A stretch of 64,000 nt of DNA from Centroscyllium fabricii (lineage: Eukaryota). Where the stretch lies: NCBI GenBank assembly GCA_051313645.2, contig JBNRSN020000011.1:55118001-55182000 (forward strand), written 5' to 3'. The notes under the pieces are model-generated. The model ran no database searches. It was not told where the DNA came from and saw only the letters and a list, made by a program, of their open reading frames with translations. Positions 50,083-62,812 of this stretch are shown piece after piece (position 1 is the stretch's first letter; each line of letters begins with the position of its first letter). Both the position numbers and the translations under genes were made by a program.

Positions 50083-52551
50083 TAATTTATGTTAGTTATA
50101 GTAATTTAAAAAAATGTGATTTAAATTTTTTTTTAATGTTTAGTGTGTTTTTGGGGCTCTTGTTTTTAATAAGTTTGACAGATCTAGTCTGTCAAACTTA
50201 TGAATGGAGCATCCTTTGCTCCGATTGGCTCCCCGCGGACCACGTGGTCCCGCGCGGAGCTCCCCACTATCTGAGCCCTTCAGTAGCCTCAGCGCGGCAC
50301 GTGGGGCTTGCAGCTCGGCCAGAAATCGGGATGTCAAATCCCAGAAGATGAGAAACTTCTGCGCGCTCCGTAAGTGTGGGTTGGAGGCTTGCACTCGCGG
50401 GAAGCCTCCAACCCGAATTTCTGGCCCATTGTGATTTTTGATTTGCTCCGTTGCTGAACATTTCAACTTTTATTCTTTTTATTCACAGCTGAGTAGTGCT
50501 GTGATTCTTATGAAAATTAGGATATTTGAGATTGGTGTCATTTATACAGATTCACACGTTCAATTTCAGATTTCATTGATTTAAAATAGATTTAATTGCC
50601 ACTGCACAACTAAAATGTACCAGAAAATTGTTCTTTTTTGGGAGCAGTGTTGAATTTTAACAGAGTCCTTTCCATTAATAAATGGCTACTACATGATAGT
50701 TAGGTGTTTGTACATAAATGTTAACCTTAGATAAAGGACTGTTATAGGTTTGGGCTCCATGCAGTACGGAAACAAGTTGTCAAATGCAGAAATTGCATTT
50801 TTATTGGGCTAGCTGTGTTACGGAGAGTAAGCCAAGCTGTTTCTAATGGAAAGGCCTTTTATGCCATGTATGTGCAGAAGATGTTGATTTTCAGTCATGA
50901 GATCATGTCAAGTTGCTTACACTCCTTGTACTTTAAACAACAAAACAATGCAACAGCTTCACGTGGAGTGCTGCACGGTGAAGCAATTAAAAATCCCTTG
51001 AAAAATAAAACTTGTGTTTTTACAAGATTTCATTTCTTGCCAATAAGGGTAAATGAGTGAGCACTGTATCAGTGTCAACAGCTTCACGAGGGGGCCTCTG
51101 CAAGAAAATCAATGGCAACATGCTCAGCTCCCACAGCTTTCAGATATCGATATTTCCAGAGCAAAAAGTCTGAATCATCTATGGAAATGTGTAGAGCATG
51201 GTTCTTTCTGGATGATCACAGTCCAGTGTTCCAAGAGAGTGTGACATTCAATATAGTGTTGTGGAAGCTATGCTGCTGTGAGCAGTGCTGAGCTGCAGGC
51301 CTATTACTGACAGAGCATGGCTGATGGACAAATCCAGGTACCCACTGCTTCTTGAATGTCAATATGAGCTTTAAAATTTCTGTCAGACATCAGAAAGAAA
51401 AAGAAAACCTTCATACCATCATGTGCACCTCAATCAATCATGGAAACTGAGGCAATATCAAGCTCAATATGTTTCTTCGCAAACGTTGGTTCTGCTGCAC
51501 AGATTCATTTTTACAAAATGATTCTGGAAGCTTTTTAGCAGTTGCAACACTCCTACAATGAATACATTTCAACAGTCTCAATATCGCTCCAAGAAGGTAC
51601 TGAGCACAAAACTGGTAATCTCATTCAGAGGGACCACAAGGTCACTCGGAATAGGAAGTGAACATATTCATACAGATGGGACCAGAATAAGGTGTCCAAA
51701 ATGCACCTCCTGGCAACCTGGCTGTCAAAGCCTGGGAATCTGAGTCCAACATGGGATTATATTCCTTATTTGTTGGGTTTGTCGTGTTTTAATTGTGCAT
51801 GGCTGGAGGTGTAGAAAGGAATGTTCTTAGTGCTGCTACATTTATGTTGAACAATTTCCAAATCAGAACACTAAAAACAGTATTAGCAACTTGCGGTATG
51901 GAAATGGTAATATACATTTAATCTTTAGATGGAGCGATCAAGGTTCCATGGAAGTTAAACCATGGAAGTTAAGGCGCATTATCAAGGCAAGTTCCAAGGA
52001 GATTTATAATTGAAATTGGCTATACTGGACTTGGTAGTATTTGATGTTGACAAAATGTTACTTTCCCCATCACGGACGTCCCTCATCCTGTTGGAGGACA
52101 AAAATTCATCAAAAAGATAAAAGAAAATGGTAAAAAAGCAGAATTGACAGTTAAGGGTCAAAACTAGGTTTCACTCGCACTGTGGGTCCCACTGACAAAT
52201 CTATTCATTTAAAACCAAATTATAATAATTCTTAATTTTGGCCCATCCAAACGTTTTAAGAACTTGTAATAAATATTTGTTACTTTTTTGTACAAATAGA
52301 TTTTAACTTTAATGCATCAATAGCTAAATAGCAGCCGCAGGAAAATACCAAGTCTTGCAAACATATCGTTTGCCGGGAGCTCAGAAAAACAAAATAAATA
52401 TACTGGGGTAGGAACAAGCAAGTCACGGTTAAAAGTCATTACCACCTTTTCGTATATTTCACCATGCATTGGGCCTATGGGAAATTTCGAATTTACTCCA
52501 ATTCCCAAATCACATTTTATTCCATCTACCTATTGATGCATCAATCTATTC

Positions 52552-53480
52552 AATTATAAGGTCAGAAGTGGGGATGTTTGCTGATGATTGCACACTGTTC
52601 AGCACCATTCGAGACTCGTCAGATACTGACGTTGTCTGTGTCCATATGCAGCAAGACCTGGACAACATTCAGACTTGGGCTGACAAGTGGCAAGTAACAT
52701 TCGCACCACACAAGTGCCAGGCAATGACCATCTCCAACAAGCGAGACTCTAACCATCTCCCCATGACATTCAATGGCATTATCATCGCTGAATCCCCCAC
52801 TATCAACATCCTGGGGGGTTACCATTGATCGGAAACTGAACTGGACCAGCCATATAAATACTGTGGCTACAAGAGCAGGCCAGAGGCTGGGAATTCTGCG
52901 GCGAGTGTCTCACCTCCTGACTCCCCAAAGCCTTTCCACCATCTACAAGGCACAAGTCAGGAGTATGATGGAATACTCTCCACTTGCCTGGATGAGTGCA
53001 GCTCCAACAACACTCAAGAAGCTCGACACCATTCAGGATAAAGCAGGTCGCTTGATTGGCACTCCATCCACCACCTTCAACATTCACTCCCTCCACCACC
53101 GGCGCACTGTGGCTGCAGTGTGTACCATCTACAAGATGCACTGCAGCAACTCGCCAAAGCTCCTTAAACAGCACCTTCCAAACCCGCGACCTCTACCACT
53201 TAGAAGGACAAGGGCAGCAGATGCATGGGAACAGCACCACCTACAAGTTCCCCTCCAAGCCACACACCATCCTGACTTGGACCTGTATCGCCGCTCCTTC
53301 ACTGTCGCTGGGCCAAAATCCTGGAACTCCCTTCCTAACAACATTGTGGGTGTACCTACACCATACGGACTGCAGCGGTTCAAGAAGGCGGCTCACCACC
53401 ATCTTCTCAAGGGCAATTAGGGATGGGCACTAAATGCAGGCCTAGCCAGCCAGCGACGCCCACATCCCATCAATGAATTA
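52552..53480 (+). mobile_element. 5'-truncated L2/CR1-group LINE (RT C-terminal half, one frameshift)
   Basis: MFADDCTLF, LDNIQTWADKWQVTFAPHKC, then GVTIDRKLNWTSHI...YKAQVRSMMEYS...WNSLP...HHHLLKGN*. Confidence 0.9.
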
Positions 53481-54059
53481 AAACAAAACGTTTTACTAGT
53501 CCTACTGCTATTTATAAACCTTTGGCTGTTCATGTTATATAAAATGGTAGCGAAAAAGTCAAGCCAAAGAGTTAAGTAACTTTGAAGTTTTCAGACTGGT
53601 ACAATGAAACCATTCTCACGTTATCAACTTTTCACCTTTCATTATTGCTTTTGAACATATATACCACAAAATTCTGACATTTCATTAAATTTCAAAGCAA
53701 CTTAAGTAATGCTGTCAGATAAAAGATTTTGACAGTCTTCCATGAGTGGGAGTAGACACTTGCACTTCAGAATTTGCATAACTGTTTTGGGGAGGTTTTT
53801 TTCCTGCTGTTAACCCTTTAAGAACTGCAAACCTTTTAGGTGGTAAAATATGCAGATCCATTCACAAATCTATTAAAAGTAAATGAAAGAAGAATGAAAA
53901 TGAATTGAATATTTCTTAATCCATTATTTTTTGAAAAACAGAAATGCTATTCCAATATTCATTCGTGCGACTGCTTCTTGAAATGTGGTCATTGTGTGTT
54001 ATTGCAATACGAATTACTTTTAAACATTTGCATAATATATCTTATTATACCATTCAGAA

Positions 54060-54470
54060 TGTTGAGCCTGTTCTGCCATTCAGTTAGACGTGGCTGATCT
54101 GTATCTTAAATCCATGTACCCGCCTTGGTTCCATATCCCTTATTACCCTTGCCTAATCAAAATCTATCGATCTCCGTTCTGAAATTTTCAACTGACTCAG
54201 CCTCAAGAGCTTTCTTGGAGAGAGAGTCTCAGATTTCTACTACCCTTTGTGTGAACATGTGCTTCCTGACGTCACCCCTGAACGGCCTAGAACCAATTTG
54301 AAGGTGGTGCCCCCTTGCTCTGGACTCTCCCACCAGTGGAAATACTTTCTCTATCTACCCTATCAAATCCTTTAATCATCTTAAACGAATCAATTAGATG
54401 ATCCCTTCATCTTCAATACTCAAGGGAATACAAGCCTAGTTTATGTAACCGATCCTCATAATTTAGACAC
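54060..54470 (-). mobile_element. Degenerate CR1 LINE 3' fragment
   Basis: Nucleotide similarity to the CR1 fragment at 56232-56556. Confidence 0.65.
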
Positions 54471-54534
54471 CAAACCCAATTATAAACATCCATGTCAAAA
54501 GGTGCCCAAGACTCTTCACAGAATTTCTCTGTTA

Positions 54535-55234
54535 CAGGTTGTGCACCGTAAATCCGCGACCCGAAACGCCGGCAGCTTCAGTCTGCCGGCACAAATTGCC
54601 CCGACTGCACTGCGCATGCGCAAGATGGCAGCCACCATCGCTGCTTCGGCGAATGATCTGCGCATGCACCGCTGAACGGCGAGCGCATGCGCAGATCATT
54701 CAAAACGGCTGCCGGGTGTTTTGAATGATCTGCGCATGCGTCGCCGGACGGCTAGCGCATGCGCAGATCATTTAAAACGGCCGCCGGGCCTTTCGTGGCG
54801 TCAGGGCGAAAATAAAACTGGAAGCGCACGGTTCCCGGCGAGCAGGCTGGCCCTGTGTGGGAGCCGGGAATCGGAATGTTGAGCGGAGTTCCTTACCCGG
54901 CTTTGCTGCTGCTGGAGTCAGTGGATGAGCGGCTGGCTGAGTGAGTGAACAGCTCCGGCTCGTGTCTCGGCAGTACTAACATATCCAGTGAGCACTCACT
55001 CTAAAAATAGCTCCCCTCCCCCTGCACCAATCCGCACATACACATGGCCCCACTCAGCCCCGTCTTTTGAACTTTTCCTGCATCGTTCGGCGGCCATTTC
55101 CAATGTTGTGCGCATGCGCGTGGCCATTTTGAATGGTGCGCGCATGCGCATTGTCCAACTTCATTCTCCCGTTTTTTTCAGTTTCCCGGCATGGGCCTGG
55201 TCCCGCCCGTGGCGGATTAATGGTGCACAACCTG
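54535..55234. mobile_element. Tc1/mariner-type MITE, CAGGTTG(A/T)GCACCG family
   Basis: Termini TA-CAGGTTGTGCACCG / TGGTGCACAACCTG-TA, with multiple TGCGCATGCGC motifs. Confidence 0.88.
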
Positions 55235-55308
55235 TACTTACCTTAGAGTTAATCAGGTAAAGCAAATCAGAGTTCAAATTCTGAGCTATGTCCACAAGAC
55301 TATGGTGG

Positions 55309-55400
55309 ATTCAATTCAATTCAAGTTTTATTGTCATTGCAGAGTACTAGTACAATACAACGAGACGAAGACTCGCCGCTCCCGAGAGTAGTGCAAATAA
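55309..55400 (-). mobile_element. Short 3' end of the Rex1-like LINE
   Basis: Reverse complement of 62060-62117 joined to 62813-62865, without the MITE. Confidence 0.85.
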
Positions 55401-56231
55401 ATTACATGCAAATTGCATACAGTAAAGTACATTTTCAGGTGTGCAGGTACCGGAGTTAATTAAAAAGCAGCTGATGAAAAGGACTGCTATAAAAATGAAC
55501 AATCTGAACATTATTACATAAAAGACCCTTTTATACTACAGACTAGGTCCAAGAGTGGCACTATCCTGAATTTGCACTGCAGACATGCTGGCAGGGGTTT
55601 CTCTGAACCGACGGCAAAGTGCAGTGGCACACACGGTTATGATTTCATCAACAAATGATGTCCCGACACACAGAATGTCCATGGCAATAAAATAAGTTAA
55701 ATCATGACGGCAGCGCATGTGACATCATGCCATAACATTAGGTCAGTGGGAGCTATTCGGAAAAGGTTTCTTTATTGAACTGCTGCCGGTGCAGTATTTT
55801 TAGTAGCCAGAATTAGACCAGTGGCGGGCACTGTGGCCCAGTCAAACACAGGCCTTCCTGGCTGCCAATCCAACAAATTCCAGCAGTTTTACTTTCACTT
55901 TGCCGCAGGCTATGAGACACCATGGCTACAGGCAACCAAAGATCAATATAAAAACTGTTAAACAATTCTTTGATTCACTGCTTTGCACCTTCTATTTTTC
56001 CTTTTAAAAACTGCCATGGTGTCTGCCACAAATTGGTAGATAATCTCAATTAGTAAAGTGAAGATAAAATGCGATTTTACAAAAAAAAGTCCATTCTGAA
56101 TTTTATGGTTAGCATTTTAAGTTGTATAGCAAACACATGATGATGATTTGGGTTTTTTAAAATTAAGTGTACATATGTGTCTTTAAAAAGATATACCTGT
56201 ATAAATAAAAGACGAGGGAATATTAATTCAG

Positions 56232-56556
56232 AATCATAGAATCATAGAAGATAGGAGCAGGAGTAGGCCATTCAGCCCTTCGAGCCTGCTCCGCCATTCA
56301 ATGAGATCATGGCTGATCTTTAGCAAGCTAGTACCCCGCCCCCGCCTTTTCTCCATAACCCTTAATCCCTTTAGCTTGAAGAAATATATCCAATTCCCTC
56401 TTGAATATGTTTAATGAACTGGCCTCCACCGCCCTCTGTGGCAGGGAATTCCACAGGCCCACCACTCTCTGAGTGAAGAAATTCTTCCTCATGTCTGTCC
56501 TAAATGGTTTACCCCTTATCCTTAGACTGTGGCCCCTGGTTCTGGACTCCCCCATC
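56232..56556 (-). mobile_element. CR1 LINE 3' fragment
   Basis: ORF 56328-56555(-): GESRTRGHSLRIRGKPFRTDMRKNFFTQRVVGLWNSLP; (TTCTATGA)n tail. Confidence 0.88.
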
Positions 56557-57756
56557 CTAAATCAACGTAGTATAAATGCTCCATCGATAAAAGGCATAAT
56601 CTTAACAAGAGATCTGCATCTGTCCAAATGAGGGATCCCAGTAAAGCAGCATTGTTCAACAACTGGGTTCCACTACAAGAGAGAAAACCAATACCTACAG
56701 CAATGGATGAAGTATTGCAGTTCAAACACCGCAGTTTACTACCTTTGAATACGTAGCAGAATACTACATTGTGTGCATGCACATAAAGTAGCTTTCACAC
56801 AGGGGAATACATCTTCTGCAGTGAGCTTTTAGGTGAAAAATGTTGGAGCAATATCACAAGAAACTGCACCTATTATAGCTCAACGCTGTGATGATCCAAT
56901 AGTAAACAGGAAAGCATAATTTATTTTGAAAAGAGTTTGTTAATTTTATTCACGAGATTTAGCACCATGAGGGAGCCAAGTACTGTAGTAGTGTGGGGGC
57001 AGAGGTTGATAGGAGGTTATTTGTTGGAAGAGAGTACTGCAAGGAGCAGCAGCTATTTGTCCTAGTTCTAAATGCTAACTTAAGTGTTATGAAGAAGGGT
57101 TCCAGCTGGTACCTTAGCCTATGGCTCTCCTTCAGATACCGGCTAATCTGCTGCATGCTTCCTGTATTTACATTTCCTGGCTGCAGTCACAGCATACTAC
57201 TTCATCTCGATAGGTGCCATCCCCCGGCCCGGCAGTTATTTTGTAACACAAGGGCACGGGGCAGCAATGTCTGCTTGCTCATCACATTAATAAAAACTCG
57301 GTGCCAAGGTTTCTAAATTTCTCAGGGGTTGCAATGGAACCGACAGGAGCACTTTTTAAATGTGGCTTCACGTCTGGATGGAGTTACATAAAACAGCACA
57401 TGAATCCCAAGCTGTGTGAGATGTCCCGCTGGTGGCTTTAGGACACTCGGGAAGCAGACTATGATGCAACTGTTGAGTTATGCTGCCATTTTCTCATTGA
57501 TGCGCATCTGAACCCATTTTGCAATGACAAAAAAGGTGGGCAGCATAACTTCAGCCTTCAATTGAGATTTCCAGCAACCACATAATCACTAGCTCCAATA
57601 TGCTCCCCATTGCTGGGCATTACGACAAGTATAGCAAAACAATGTTGTCTATAAAAAGATACAATATGGTATGCCTGGGTTCCAGGCCCTTATTGCTGAC
57701 TGCTCCAGAAATACCATTTTATTTTGGCTTTAAAAAACTAATCTACGAGCTTCATT

Positions 57757-58018
57757 GGGGCGGCACGGTGGCATAGTGGTTAGCACTGTTGCCTCACAGC
57801 GCTAGGGGCCCGGGTTCAAATCCGGCCTCGGGTACTATCTGTGTGGAGTTTGCACATTCTCCCCGTGTCTGCGTGGGTTTCCTCCGGGTGCTCCGGTTTC
57901 CTCCCACAGTCCAAAGATGTGCGGGTTAGGTTGATTGGCCAGGATAAATTGACCCTTAGTGTTAGGGGGACTAAATATGTGGGGTGGGACATATGTCGGC
58001 GCAGGCTCGATGGGCCAA
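57757..58018 (+). mobile_element. HE1-type tRNA-derived V-SINE
   Basis: Pol III A-box TGGCATAGTGG, B-box GGTTCAAATCC, and core TGTGTGGAGTTTGCACATTCTCCCCGTGTCTGCGTGGGTTTCCTCCGG. Confidence 0.88.
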
Positions 58019-58506
58019 AGTGATTCTACATCCATATTGAAAATAATGCATTTGACCACAAGATGGCAGAGGTTAGTTACACAGAGAATGGTGGTTGCAG
58101 CACTCAATTTCATGAATAACAGACCTGCACACAATCTCATCTTAGTGACTTCAAATGTAATTTAATTTCAGATTAAGAACATTCTTTGATATTGTAGCAC
58201 ATCTGTATTTGGTTTTGCATTAATTGAAATTTCACAAAGCAAACTTGCACATTGGTAAGACAGAAAATATTGCAAAGTAAAAGCAATATTTCCACAGGGC
58301 TTTCATCCTCCGTCAGATTGTTACAGCTATGTTCTTGATTATGGTGCCGATGTCCAAAACTTAGCTGAGAGAAAAAGTACATGAATTGAGAGAGGGAAAA
58401 GAATACCATTTAACCTGATAATTCACAATAAGACAAAGACAAGTCTCCATTCCTTCTCCATATTACAATTACTTAGCACACAGATTTTCAAGAAACAAGT
58501 ACTCAC

Positions 58507-58568
58507 ATGACTGGCCCACTGATTGCCCTTTTTCCTGCATTTTACCACATCTACGGAAGCTACCATCA
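58507..58568 (-). CDS. Candidate DENND1B small internal exon
   Basis: Acceptor TTTCTTGTTTTAG and donor GTGAGT; 62 nt. The phase 1-to-0 frame is open (MVASVDVVKCRKKGNQWASH) and joins 35819. No homology recognised. Confidence 0.4.
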
Positions 58569-61500
58569 CTAAAACAAGAAATCACAGCAGCCAGTGCTCC
58601 CACCAGCTCATGCTGCCGTCTATATAGTGTGGAGTATCCCAGCCATCAACCGCTAGTTTGAGGAACCACAAGACCAGAGTTTCCTCTAAAATGAGTCAAT
58701 TTTTAAGGATAATCACCTCTACATTTTGCCAACTAAGGAAACTAGGCCAACACTTATGACTTGTGGAGAATTCTTATTTTTTTTGCATTATTGAGAGATA
58801 AATATTCACACAAAATAAACCAATAGTGCAAAATCAACAGTTAATGAAATTGCAAGTGCTGACAACATTGTAAAGGGCGCATTTTCGATTATAAACAATT
58901 TATGAAATGGCTCTAGAAATCCACCTGTAACTGAAAGATAATCCATTTGATGTAGTGAATAGTGGGAGAGTGGAGGCATTAGTATCAGGTATTCATGCCT
59001 CAGTACTGTCAGCCTCCACAGACCTGGAAAATTATGCAAAATTTGTGGCACCAAACAGGCGGTGGGGAATTTTAAGAATCCATTTTGATGCTAAAAAATA
59101 ATCCAAAAATTTAGAGGATTAAATTTTTTTAGTATTACTGAGCATTGCCATTGCGCAATTAGAGAATATATTCCTTTAATAACTATCAAGAATCATTCAA
59201 ACAGACCTTATGCATGGTCTACGTTTAAAGTGTCACAAAACTCATGGCAACTGTCGCCAAGGATGATACCGGCAGTCCATTAAGAATGTGAGCTGTATGA
59301 ACAAAACCAACAACTTTTTGGCAGATAATTAAAATGTTATGCAAGACTGAATATGTTAAAAGAGATAGCAGGCAGAATTCATTTTAATTTCTGTAGTTTT
59401 GAAAAGCAGTTGTATTCTTTTGTAAAGTAATAATAAAACTTAACAGACAGCCAAATCTTTCTCCAAATCTACAGCCTCAAAGAAAGCTATTAACATTTTC
59501 CCCAGTTACAAAGTGACAGTCCATTTATTTAAAATTCTGCCAATCAGTGAGATCTAAAGTACAATACAACATAATAGCGTACGATGAACCATTTAGGCAT
59601 AAAATGTCACTAATTTTTGTTGCCAAAATAGACCACAAGGTTTTTGGCAAATAATCCATAATTAAAAGCGACTTAAGTTTAATAACTTCTTCAGCTAAAA
59701 ACATAAATTTTCTACATGTCACCACTGCCCAGCATTCGGGCCAACAATCAAAGCATTTTCTAATTGTTACCATGCCATAATTGCAGATTTATTAAAATTA
59801 TTTCTTTTGAAAGTTTTATTTACTTGAAACTGTGTGAAGTTCACAATCCATTTTGAGAACGAAAAAAAAAACCTTACTGGAAAAATGTCTAAACACTAAA
59901 ATATTTAATATGCAAATAAGTTTATTCGAGATTCCAATCAAAATGAAATCTATAGTTTTTTACATCCCTAGGAAGTCATCCGATTTTGAAAAGCGTTTTT
60001 GCAGTAAAATTCTTCGCTCTGCTTTATTAAGGCATTAACCAGTTCAAAATAAAAGGGTTAATGCCTCTATTAGAACAGCAGAGATAGAAACTTCAAACAA
60101 ACACATTGAGTCTCAGAGCTACAAGACTGCTTCGAACGCACTGAATGGAGCATGTTCGCTCACACGGACATCGAGGAATACGCATCCACAGTGCTTTTTT
60201 ACATCAACAGCTGTGTTGAGGTGGTCACTACCCAAAAAACCATCAAGTCATTCCCCAACCAGAAACCCTGGATGAACGGGGAGGGCCGCTCGCTGCTGAA
60301 GGCGCGTGACACAGCTTTCAAATCTGGGGATGTGGCGGCTTACAGCACAGCCAGGACCAACCTAAAGAGGGGTATCAGGTATGCCAAACAAAACCAGACA
60401 CTGAAGATAGAGGAACACTTTCACAACAACTCGGACCCTCGACGTATGTGGCAAGGCATACAGTCCATCACGGACTACAAGTGCAGAAACACCAGCCCCC
60501 CGACCGGCGATGCCTCCCTACCGGAGGAACTCAACAACTTCTACGCTCGCTTCGACAGGGACAACAAGAAGCCAGCCACCAAAGTCCAGTAATCCCCGGA
60601 AGACCAGCCATTAACACTGTCCTGCTCCGACGTTAGAGGTGCTCTACGTAGAGTGAACGCACGGAAGGCCGCGGGTCCTGATGGCATCCCCGGCCGGGCA
60701 CTCAAAGAATGTGCCGACCAACTGGCTGAAGTCTTCATTGACATCTTCAACCTGTCACTGGCGAAGGCAGCTGTCCCTACCTGCTTCAAGACCGCCACCA
60801 TCATCCCTGTGCCCAAGAAAACGGCCATGACGTGCCTGAACGACTACCGCCCTGTTGCACTTACACCCATTATCATGAAGTGTTTCAAGCGGCTGGTCCT
60901 GGCCCACATCAAAGCCAGCATCCCCGCCGCCCTGGACCAATACCAGTTCGCCTACCGTGGGAACAGATCTACAGAGGATGCTATCACTACGGCTCTTCAC
61001 TCTGCACTAAACCACCTGGATAGCAAAGATACACATATCAGAATGCTGTTTATTGACTACAGCTCAGCATTCAACACCATCGTCCCCAGCAAATTGTCTA
61101 CCAAACTCCTCACCCTCGGCCTGAACACCTCCCTCTCCAACTGGACCCTGGACTTCCTAAACAACAGACCACAGTCTGTGAAGTTAGGCAACCTCACCTC
61201 CCCCCCACTTACCCTGAACACGGGGGCCCCACAAGGTTGTGTGCTGAGCCCCCTCCTCTACTCCCTCTTCACTCACAACTGTGCGGCTGTCCATGGCTCC
61301 AACACGATCATCAAGTTCGCGGATGACACCACGGTGGTTGGCCAGATCACCAACAACGACGAGTCAGCCTACAGGGATGAGATCCAGCGCCTTGTGGGTT
61401 GGTGTGCCGACAACAACCTGGCACTGAACACCAAGAAAACCAAGGAGATCATAGTGGACTTCCGGAGGACTGGAAGCAGAAGACACACCCCCATCTTCAT

Positions 61501-62117
61501 CCAAGGGGCTGAGGTGGAAAGGGTGTCCAGCTTCAAGTTCCTTGGGGTCCACATCTCGGAAGATCTCTCCTGGTCACTAAACACCTCCTCTCTGGTTAAG
61601 AAGGCCCAACAGCGCCTGTACTTCCTAAGGAAGCTGAAGAAAGCCAAGCTGTCATCCGGCATCCTCTCCAACTTCTACCGCTGCACAATAGAAAACATAC
61701 TGACAAGCTGCATCACAGTCTGGTATGGAAATTGCACTATCTCGGACCGGAAAACCCTGCAGCGGGTAGTCAAAACTGCCCAATGAATTACCGGTACACA
61801 GCTACCGTCAATGGAACGCACCTACCTCAAACGCTGCTTACGGAGGTCTCTGAACATTATTAAAGACCCCACACACCCCAGCCACAGTCTGTTCGCCCCC
61901 CTGCCCTCCGGGAGACGCTACAGAGCAATTCGCACCCGCACGACTAGATTTCAGAACAGCTTCTTCCTCAGGGCTGTCAGCCTCCTGAACTCTAAAAAGA
62001 AACTCCGGTACCTGCACGCCTGATAATGTACTCTACTGTATGCATTTTGCATGTAATTTATTTATTTGCACTACTCTCGGGAGAGTCGAGTCTTCGTCTC
62101 GTTGTATTGTACTAGTA

Positions 62118-62812
62118 CAGGTTGAGCACCGTTAATCCGTGTCCCGAATAGCCGGCAGCTTCAGTCTGCCGGCACAAACTGCCCCGACTGCACTGCGCAT
62201 GCGCAAAATGGCAGCCCCCATCGTGGCTTCAGCGAATGATCTGCGCATGCGCCGAGCGCATGCGCAGATCATTCAAAACAGCTGCGGGTGTTTTGAATGA
62301 TCTGCGCATGCGTCACCGGCCGGTTAGCGCATGCGCAGATAATTCAATACGGCCGCCCGTTATTTTCTCGATCCGAAACAACAGAAATCTCTGGAGAAAC
62401 TCAGCAGGCCAGGCAGCATCTGAAGAAAGGTCATCGACCTGAAACGTTAACTCTGCTTCTCTCTCCACCGATGCTGCCTGGCCTGCTGAGTTTCTCCAGC
62501 GTTTTCTGTTATTACTTCAAAATGATCAGTCACACAGCTGTTGCTTAGTGACTGAGGCGGACAGTCACTAAGCAACAGCTGTCAGCCTGAGTCCCGCTCG
62601 GCGGCAGCAGCAACCCCAAAGGCGATGGAGAGGGACGGCGGACCCGGGCCCGATCTGCGCATGCGCGCGCCAGCCAATCGCAATGCTGCGCGCATGCGCG
62701 CGGCCATTTTGAATGGCGCGCATGCGCAATGTCCAAACTCCTTCTCCCGGTTTTTTCCATTTCCCGGCACGGGCCTGGTCCCGCCCGTGGCGGATTAACG
62801 CTGCTCAACCTG
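62118..62812. mobile_element. Tc1/mariner-type MITE inserted in the Rex1 3'UTR
   Basis: Termini TA-CAGGTTGAGCACCGTTAATCCG / CGGATTAACGCTGCTCAACCTG-TA. Confidence 0.9.
62378..62512. mobile_element. Small Penelope-derived hairpin of a second family, with a hammerhead core at 62420-62448
   Basis: Arms AACAGAAA..CTGGAGAAACTCAGCAGGCCAGGCAGCATC / GATGCTGCCTGGCCTGCTGAGTTTCTCCAG..TTTCTGTT enclose CTGAAGA-A-AGGTC-ATC-GACCT-GAAA-CGTT. Related fragments at about 28005-28090, 10873-10925 and 8190-8230. Confidence 0.65.

Larger units (their letters stand above)
49328..50427. mobile_element. Harbinger-like MITE with a nested Penelope palindrome
   Basis: Termini GGCCCAGAAATT / AATTTCTGGCCC; homologous to 34756-35515. 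Confidence 0.8.

Noticed and set aside
57757-57830. tRNA gene
   Set aside because: The A/B boxes belong to a tRNA-derived SINE head that runs straight into the V-SINE core.
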